This document shows, one piece after another, positions 59,801 through 64,000 of a stretch of DNA of 64,000 nt; within the stretch, counting starts at the first letter, position 1; every line of letters begins with the position of its first letter. The position numbers and the translations under genes were made by a program. Origin of the DNA: Hydrolagus affinis. Lineage: Eukaryota. The stretch covers positions 62,001 to 126,000 of the forward strand of contig JAAILG010000022.1 of assembly GCA_012026655.1 (NCBI GenBank). Direction: 5' to 3'. Below the pieces are notes generated by a model. It did not search any database. It saw only the letters and a list, made by a program, of their open reading frames with translations, and was not told the DNA's origin.

Positions 59801-62362
59801 AAAGGTTAAATTATGCATAATCATTAGATATGTACTCTGCTAAAGTGTCTTACAAATGTAATTTTGTATTGTACTGTAATGTGTTTTCATCCATGTTGCG
59901 TGTTAATGTAATTGGTTTCAAAAGAAGACTCAATATATCATTAGTGGCAGCAAGTTAACAATAAGTTATGTTGTTGTTGTAGTACATTAGCTTGTGGATA
60001 AGATACAAGCGGTACATTTAGCCATGGCATTAATTTTTTTTCCTTGTAGCACACACCACATTGTCCAATATATTAAATGTCCAGATTAAGTCAGTTACTG
60101 TATTGGGGACACATCCCATCAACCTCTACTTGTGGTATAATGTAAAATTAATGTTTTAATCATGTTTAGTGATGCATGATGATGCCATTAAACTGTTTTT
60201 TTTAAAAAAAAACAGTTGAACAGATTACGCTGTTTGCAACAGACTGATATTTCAGTATTTTCCAAAATTATTTTCCAAAATTATTTAAATTATTAAATTT
60301 AAAGAAATTTTTTGCAAACCTATGGGCTAAAACTTGGTGGAATTTGGGGCCACCTACTTATATAGTGCCCTTCACACGGGAAGATATACTATAAAAATCT
60401 ATTATCTATGGTAGTGGATGTTTATATGTAAAAAGCCAAGCTGGATTCTGCTTCAGTTAAAGTCATCATGCCATCTATAACGGTTTAAGATTTTGCATCT
60501 AACCAAATTTCCAAGTGAAGTACATTCAGTAGTTGGAACACCACCATATCTTTGAAAGTGTTATAACCCTGAGGCTAATGGAGGGGTTATCTTTCCCTCA
60601 CCCACTCTGTTAGAAGTCTGAAGGGCATCATTGTCTGATAAAACAAGCTTCTTAGTAAGGACACAAGCAGTTTGAGCAAGCAGAAATTGCATTGTTTTCA
60701 AGTTCCTCAGTAAAAATGTTTTACGTTTCTCAGTAATATGTCTAACAAAGACTATTACCTTAGGCAAAACATCAGCAGTTTGATTTGTACCAAGAAATCC
60801 ATTGCATATAAAAATACTTGGCCTAAGGAGATTCAATTATACAGTTTTCAAGTGTGCTTTTTTCAATAAAATCAAGTCTGGCCACAGTCAATTAGAAATT
60901 AGAGCGTCTCAAGTTGGTAGCAATTCTGTATTCTGTGATTATGAAATGCATGGGTTGCCTTTGCTCCCAAGGCACTTGAATCTGATAACCATGGAGTTTC
61001 ATATTGAAGAATGGTCTACATGACAGATTTATCATAATTGAACAGCAATTACTCCTATGTTCTTAATTTTTAAGAACAATGTACAGGTACTGGAAGTATT
61101 TAAAGCATCTCTAGATTCTTTTTTAATTTAATGTCACTAAACATGCGAATGGCATGGTTTCTAGTGAAATGGCTACGTTAGGAGCAAGAATACAGTACTT
61201 GTGTAGAAATATTTTGTGCTAGTTTTAACCTCACTTCTATGGCAATGCTCTATAAATAGTTGATCATTAAGCTCATTGCTACAACGTAGTGTAGTACAAT
61301 AAAGCCTTGTTGATCCGGTACCCAGCATGCGCACATATTAACTTACCGAACACTGGAATGCTTTTTTACCGATCATTTTACCGAGTGTGCTGGAATGTTT
61401 TAATGGTAAGTATCCATAAAATATTCTGTATTATTTAGTCTATTATTAATATGGTATGTTTTAAAATACGTTAATTTTTTGCGTAGGGTTTTCAGCAACT
61501 TGCCGCTCGAATATCCGGCATATTTAATTAACCGGCACCAGTCAGGTCCCAAGGGTACTGGATCACAAAGGTTTTACTGTATATCTAATTTATTATTATG
61601 CATTTCCCTAATTTCCACCAAAAAAGCATATCAATTACTTCAAGTGCATTTTGTTATGCTCAGATGCTTGCAACAAATTAAAATGCATCTTCCTAACATT
61701 CAACAAAAATGGTCCTAAAATGCCATTGATGTTATGTCTCTTTGATTCATGGTCATCATGATCTTTCTCTCTCAGATTCTCTTTAGTTTATTGCACTTCC
61801 TAGGCTATGGATCTTGTTCATTTTGTCCTAGCTTATCCCTTTTCGTTTTATTAACTGGACATTAATTATTTGTATAACATGATGCTATGGCAAGGTTTGA
61901 GACTTTAGTACAACTATTTCTTTATGGCACAATTGATGGTGTAATCAATCTCTTCCTGGATCACTAATTGTACCACTGTAACCTTTTTAGGAACACACGA
62001 AATGCAGAAGTAGATGGAAATTCAAACACAATAGTTATATTAATTTTAGCTACAATGTAATTAACCAGTGGGGTCATTAAAAGAAGATCAATGAAAGCAA
62101 CATACATATGTTAGCTCTCATCTCCATCTGTCACTTTCAAGTATTAATATAATTGTAAATAAGAACAGTCAGGGTTTTTATCTAATTTATTTGGCATATA
62201 TTTCAACTGCAATATTATTCACCAATATTTTTCTTCCCTGCGCATCTCGGGGGATTTAATCGGATTCAATTTTTTGCACTATACTTACCAACAACACCGA
62301 GTGCCATGTACCCAAGGATCACAATAATAAATAGTACAAAGCAAAGGACGTCGGTACAACGC
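23746..62362 (-). CDS. SLC44A5: Choline transporter-like protein 5, 5'-partial spliced CDS (19 shared exons plus either of two terminal exons; ~685 codons in window)
   Basis: All exon phases join into one open frame: RCTDVLC...[13 protein letters not shown]...NKTILFYFN...[12 protein letters not shown]...[14 protein letters not shown]...[12 protein letters not shown]44A5 rather than SLC44A2/A4 is assigned from LHX8 synteny and the NKTILFYFN and GIWHCY motifs. Confidence 0.93.
24180..24481 (+). mobile_element. tRNA-derived SINE, same family
   Basis: GAGACCTGGGTTTAAATCC head, CAATCCATGACTGTTTGTGGGACACTGCTGTGCGCAATTGGCTGCC body, (ATT)n tail. Confidence 0.9.
27421..27533 (-). CDS. SLC44A5: SLC44A5 proximal alternative last exon ([37 protein letters not shown])
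   Basis: atccag| acceptor, phase fits the penultimate exon, TAG at 27421-27423. Confidence 0.92.
29252..29336 (-). CDS. SLC44A5: SLC44A5 penultimate exon ([28 protein letters not shown])
   Basis: AG/GT, 85 nt, ends in phase 1. Confidence 0.96.
29826..29914 (-). CDS. SLC44A5: SLC44A5 exon ([30 protein letters not shown])
   Basis: AG/GT, 89 nt. Confidence 0.96.
30038..30108 (-). CDS. SLC44A5: SLC44A5 exon ([23 protein letters not shown])
   Basis: AG/GT, 71 nt. Confidence 0.96.
30290..30490 (+). mobile_element. L2-like 3' end
   Basis: Encodes [11 protein letters not shown] (L2 ORF2 terminus); GGGCACTATATAAGTGCAAG tail. Confidence 0.75.
30545..30655 (+). mobile_element. SINE 3' fragment, degraded
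   Basis: GAAGTGCTTTGAGACATC...GGATTATTATT tail. Confidence 0.6.
30842..31145. mobile_element. Tc1/mariner (Tigger/pogo-like) MITE
   Basis: ~25-bp imperfect TIRs CAGTAAAACCTCAATAATCTGGCAC / revcomp CAGTAAAACCTTGACAATCCGACAT; TA on the right flank. Confidence 0.8.
31161..31234 (-). CDS. SLC44A5: SLC44A5 exon ([25 protein letters not shown])
   Basis: AG/GT, 74 nt. Confidence 0.96.
31344..31447 (-). CDS. SLC44A5: SLC44A5 exon ([35 protein letters not shown])
   Basis: AG/GT, 104 nt. Confidence 0.96.
32431..32525 (-). CDS. SLC44A5: SLC44A5 exon ([31 protein letters not shown])
   Basis: AG/GT, 95 nt; CTL family signature. Confidence 0.96.
33077..33339 (-). CDS. SLC44A5: SLC44A5 exon ([23 protein letters not shown]...[12 protein letters not shown])
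   Basis: Overlaps ORF 33073-33330; AG/GT, 263 nt. Confidence 0.96.
33899..33986 (-). CDS. SLC44A5: SLC44A5 exon ([29 protein letters not shown])
   Basis: AG/GT, 88 nt, in phase. Confidence 0.95.
33987..34430 (-). other. U12-type (minor spliceosome) GT-AG intron in SLC44A5
   Basis: 5' site GTATCCTTTG; branch-like ATCTTAAC about 14 nt before the CAG; no polypyrimidine tract. Confidence 0.88.
34431..34523 (-). CDS. SLC44A5: SLC44A5 exon ([31 protein letters not shown])
   Basis: AG acceptor; donor is the U12-type GTATCCTTT; 93 nt. Confidence 0.95.
34657..34850 (-). mobile_element. Second CR1-like 3' fragment
   Basis: CAGCACAGAAGGAAGCCATTCGGCCCATC 3'UTR motif typical of CR1 tails. Confidence 0.65.
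34859..35155 (-). mobile_element. CR1 LINE 3' end (ORF2 C-terminus and 3'UTR)
   Basis: ORF 34941-35168 [30 protein letters not shown]...FKSEVDKF is the classic CR1 ORF2 end. Confidence 0.9.
35371..35470 (-). CDS. SLC44A5: SLC44A5 exon ([34 protein letters not shown])
   Basis: AG/GT, 100 nt, in phase. Confidence 0.95.
36146..36277 (-). CDS. SLC44A5: SLC44A5 exon ([44 protein letters not shown])
   Basis: Inside ORF 36102-36320; AG/GT, 132 nt. Confidence 0.95.
36436..36940 (-). mobile_element. L2 (LINE-2)-like 3' end
   Basis: Minus-strand SLASFKSRL...-type ORF2 end, 3' stem CCTTGGGACATCCTCCTGACGTGAAAGGC and (TTG)n tail. Confidence 0.8.
39281..39365 (+). mobile_element. Penelope-type/SINE terminal fragment with hammerhead-like core
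   Basis: CTGACGAAGGGTCGTGGACCCGAAATGTT...CATAGATGCTGCCTGACCTGCTGAGT, a common chondrichthyan repeat end. Confidence 0.65.
40350..40485 (+). mobile_element. Deu-domain-type ancient SINE remnant
   Basis: CTCTGAGTCAGAAG...GGGTT...CTGACACT...CTGCATTGTCAGAGGTG resembles the DeuSINE head and core (from memory). Confidence 0.5.
40893..41005 (-). CDS. SLC44A5: SLC44A5 exon ([37 protein letters not shown])
   Basis: Overlaps ORF 40711-41001; AG/GT, 113 nt; TM helices. Confidence 0.95.
42103..42186 (-). CDS. SLC44A5: SLC44A5 exon ([28 protein letters not shown])
   Basis: AG/GT, 84 nt, conserved KIFEDY motif. Confidence 0.95.
44183..44489 (-). mobile_element. tRNA-derived SINE, near full length
   Basis: A box TAGCTCAGTGG, B-box-like GGTTCATTTCC, body shared with other copies in the window, (ATT)n tail. 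Confidence 0.9.
44517..45152 (-). mobile_element. CR1 LINE fragment with internal deletions (RT piece plus 3' end)
   Basis: Minus translation [21 protein letters not shown]...[11 protein letters not shown]...VPH; CR1 tail at 44517-44600. Confidence 0.88.
45235..45330 (+). mobile_element. CR1 RT fragment
   Basis: Encodes [18 protein letters not shown]. Confidence 0.75.
45665..45925 (-). mobile_element. Ancient SINE-like repeat, second copy
   Basis: Similar in motifs and order to 17900-18195. Confidence 0.5.
47403..47540 (-). mobile_element. SINE 3' fragment
   Basis: AATAATCCTTGCATTT...AAAGCACTTCACAGAATATATTGTAAAGTG. Confidence 0.8.
50462..50853. mobile_element. Tc1/mariner-like MITE, older
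   Basis: TA-CAGTAAAACTCACAT ... ATGCGAGTCTTACTG-TA inverted ends. Confidence 0.65.
51338..51461 (-). CDS. SLC44A5: SLC44A5 exon ([42 protein letters not shown])
   Basis: Inside ORF 51193-51498; AG/GT, 124 nt. Confidence 0.95.
51589..51649 (-). CDS. SLC44A5: SLC44A5 exon ([20 protein letters not shown])
   Basis: AG/GT, 61 nt, in phase. Confidence 0.93.
52569..53250. repeat. Exact 56-bp direct repeat (52569-52624 and 53195-53250)
   Basis: CTTTGATGTCACCAGTAGCTGTTTGTATGTATCTGTTAATGTTATAACTAATGCAT occurs twice. Confidence 0.95.
53520..54072 (-). mobile_element. Tigger-like transposon derivative with transposase N-terminal remnant (left boundary uncertain)
   Basis: End TA-CAGGTATCCCCTGATTTACGAC on -; ORF MSEKRP...[15 protein letters not shown] resembles a pogo/Tigger N-terminus; locally CpG-rich. 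Confidence 0.65.
54628..54759 (-). CDS. SLC44A5: SLC44A5 exon ([17 protein letters not shown]...[15 protein letters not shown])
   Basis: AG/GT, 132 nt, phase 0-0. Confidence 0.93.
54805..54890 (-). mobile_element. L2-like tail only
   Basis: GCGCCTTTCACGTC...GGATGTCCCAAGGCGCTG, nearly identical to 36470-36530. Confidence 0.75.
56144..56228 (-). CDS. SLC44A5: SLC44A5 exon ([28 protein letters not shown])
   Basis: AG/GT, 85 nt, in phase. Confidence 0.95.
58090..58197 (+). mobile_element. SINE 3' fragment
   Basis: CAGTCAATTCACTTTAC...CTATATCAAATGCAAGGATTATTATT. Confidence 0.85.
59003..59090 (-). mobile_element. SINE 3' fragment
   Basis: GACGTCTCAAAGCGCTTCACAGAATATACTGTAAAGTGAA. Confidence 0.8.
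59645..59729 (-). CDS. SLC44A5: SLC44A5 exon ([29 protein letters not shown])
   Basis: AG/GT, 85 nt, in phase. Confidence 0.95.
61297..61579. mobile_element. Tc1/mariner (Tigger-like) MITE
   Basis: TIRs CAATAAAGCCTTGTTGATCCGGTAC / revcomp CAGTAAAACCTTTGTGATCCAGTAC; TA on both flanks. Confidence 0.8.
62289..62362 (-). CDS. SLC44A5: SLC44A5 exon ([24 protein letters not shown]), first visible exon, TM1
   Basis: AG/GT boundaries, 74 nt, conserved CTDVLC motif. Confidence 0.93.
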
Positions 62363-64000
62363 CTAGAAAGAGAGAATGGGTGCAATTAACACAAGCGAAT
62401 CAGTTTGTTTGAAATGTTACTCATTTAGCATTGAGCAATTATATTGTGAGGTTGTGGAAAAGTTATCTTGAAACAGATGCTGTATTTCTATAGTTACTGT
62501 GCAATGTCCAAATCAAATCCTTTTGCAGAAATTAATAATATTCAGCCTTGCATGTTTGTATGAGATGAACTGCAAATATTAAACTCCAAGCCATTGAAAA
62601 GAGTCAACCAACAAATGTTGAACTAAAATAAATGGTATCAAAAACGAGTGAAAATATTGTACAAAATTATAAATACTTTCAAAAACCTTTTTGAGGATAA
62701 ATCCTTTCTGTAATCACAGGTGAGAAATCATCTCGACTGAGTCCTACCTGTAATAAAAGTCAATTTACTAGACCACAACCTTGTTATGTGCCAAATTTAA
62801 TTCAAAATGGGCCCAACATTTGACAGAATCAAAATATGAAACAACTCCAAGTACAGTACTTTAAAATGCCTTAGACAAGACTTGTGAGCATTTCAATGGG
62901 GAAAAAAATAAGTAAAAGCTACAGATCCATTAGTAGGAGTTTGTTATTTACTACTTGTATCAATAAGGTCTGTTATCTGGGCCAGTCTTCCAATTCTCCC
63001 TGACAGTTGTTAGATGTATTCATCCTAAGTGTGAAATGTTGAATAACCTAATATATTTTTTCACAAATCAACACTTCCACATAGAGGCTGAGCTGGTGTT
63101 GACGACAAGCAATCTTCATCCCTATCAATCTCTTTTCACTTCAGCATCTTTCTCACCAGCAAAGCACATTAACAGATGTTGACATCAGCCATAGCCTCAA
63201 CACACAGCAGTTATTTCCATAGACTTCTCTGCATTTTCCAATACAGCAGTGTTTTTTTTTATATCAGTTATAAGTACAAAACATTTTGCGTTTCACTGTA
63301 ACTCGAGGAGCATGTAAATTGTTTGAAAAAGATTGATCTATTTTGGGCCAGACATGATCCTGTTCATTCACTTCCATCACCAAGAGGACTAATAACTTGA
63401 CCCACCATTCTACTCCTGTAGTGTTTCACTAACACTTGATTGAATAACACCAATATGTTTGTAAGTTTAAAAACAAAATCGTTTTTCCATTTTTCCAGAG
63501 TACAATCCTGATATTCTGTGCAGCCGTAAAATGACTAGAATTTTTGCCCGTCTCTTTCTTGCCTTGTGCCAAGACGAATCCACTCAGCAAATATAACTGA
63601 GGTCATCCAAGCAATATAATTTGCTTCACAGTGAAGTCGGTTAAGTTAAGATTGACTCCATGGGAACAGCACGGCCTGTTACTCTTGCCAATAATATGCA
63701 ACTTCATCTTATATGTGCTTGTCATTAGCACATAACCGAAGTCTGCATTCCTTTCCTTCAGTTCCAAAAACTCAGAGTTACACTGCTCCTTAAAATGAGA
63801 TTTATATTGATTGTAACTGCATTAAAAATTCCCGGACTTGATCACCATTTTACAAGTCGGACAGACGATCAAAATGAGATGCACATTAACAGCATCTGCC
63901 TTTTTTTTTCTTCCACATACTCCACTCTAATACAATAGTACGTCTCTGCCACCACTGATATCACTGCGTGTAGAACACCCATACCTCAGCAAGCGCTTTG

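Noticed and set aside
1-64000. Most of the 60-170 aa ORFs in the six-frame track as stand-alone genes
   Set aside because: They are exon read-throughs of LHX8/SLC44A5, translations of SINE/LINE copies, or low-complexity chance ORFs in eukaryotic introns.
62363-64000. Further upstream SLC44A5 exons (expected ...DPxFKGP...NR)
   Set aside because: No matching exon found; they presumably lie beyond the window.

Overview
Vertebrate genomic DNA, AT-rich and intron-rich. The SINE/L2/CR1 repeat content suggests a cartilaginous fish, most likely a chimaera; the species is an inference. The window holds two convergent genes, both reconstructed by hand from splice sites and reading frame. (1) A complete LHX8 (LIM-LIM-homeodomain) gene on +, CDS 7340-18480, with 8 secure coding exons and one exon of uncertain boundaries at ~9115-9205. 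(2) Most of SLC44A5 (choline transporter-like 5) on -, from 62362 down to two alternative duplicated terminal exons (27421-27533 and 23746-23849); its N-terminal exons lie beyond the window. The rest is intronic or intergenic DNA with tRNA-derived SINEs, L2 and CR1 LINE fragments, Tc1/mariner (Tigger-like) MITEs, a Penelope-type tail and a 100-N gap. Most notable: the LHX8 exon-2 acceptor reads TAA instead of YAG, and shifted splice sites would allow that exon to be read in two frames; SLC44A5 has a pair of homologous last exons and a U12 intron; there is a degenerate hammerhead-ribozyme core; and a CCHC-knuckle pseudo-ORF lies upstream of LHX8. I see no evidence for a wholly new multi-gene system. 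Comparisons to mammalian proteins and repeat families are from memory, not from a search.
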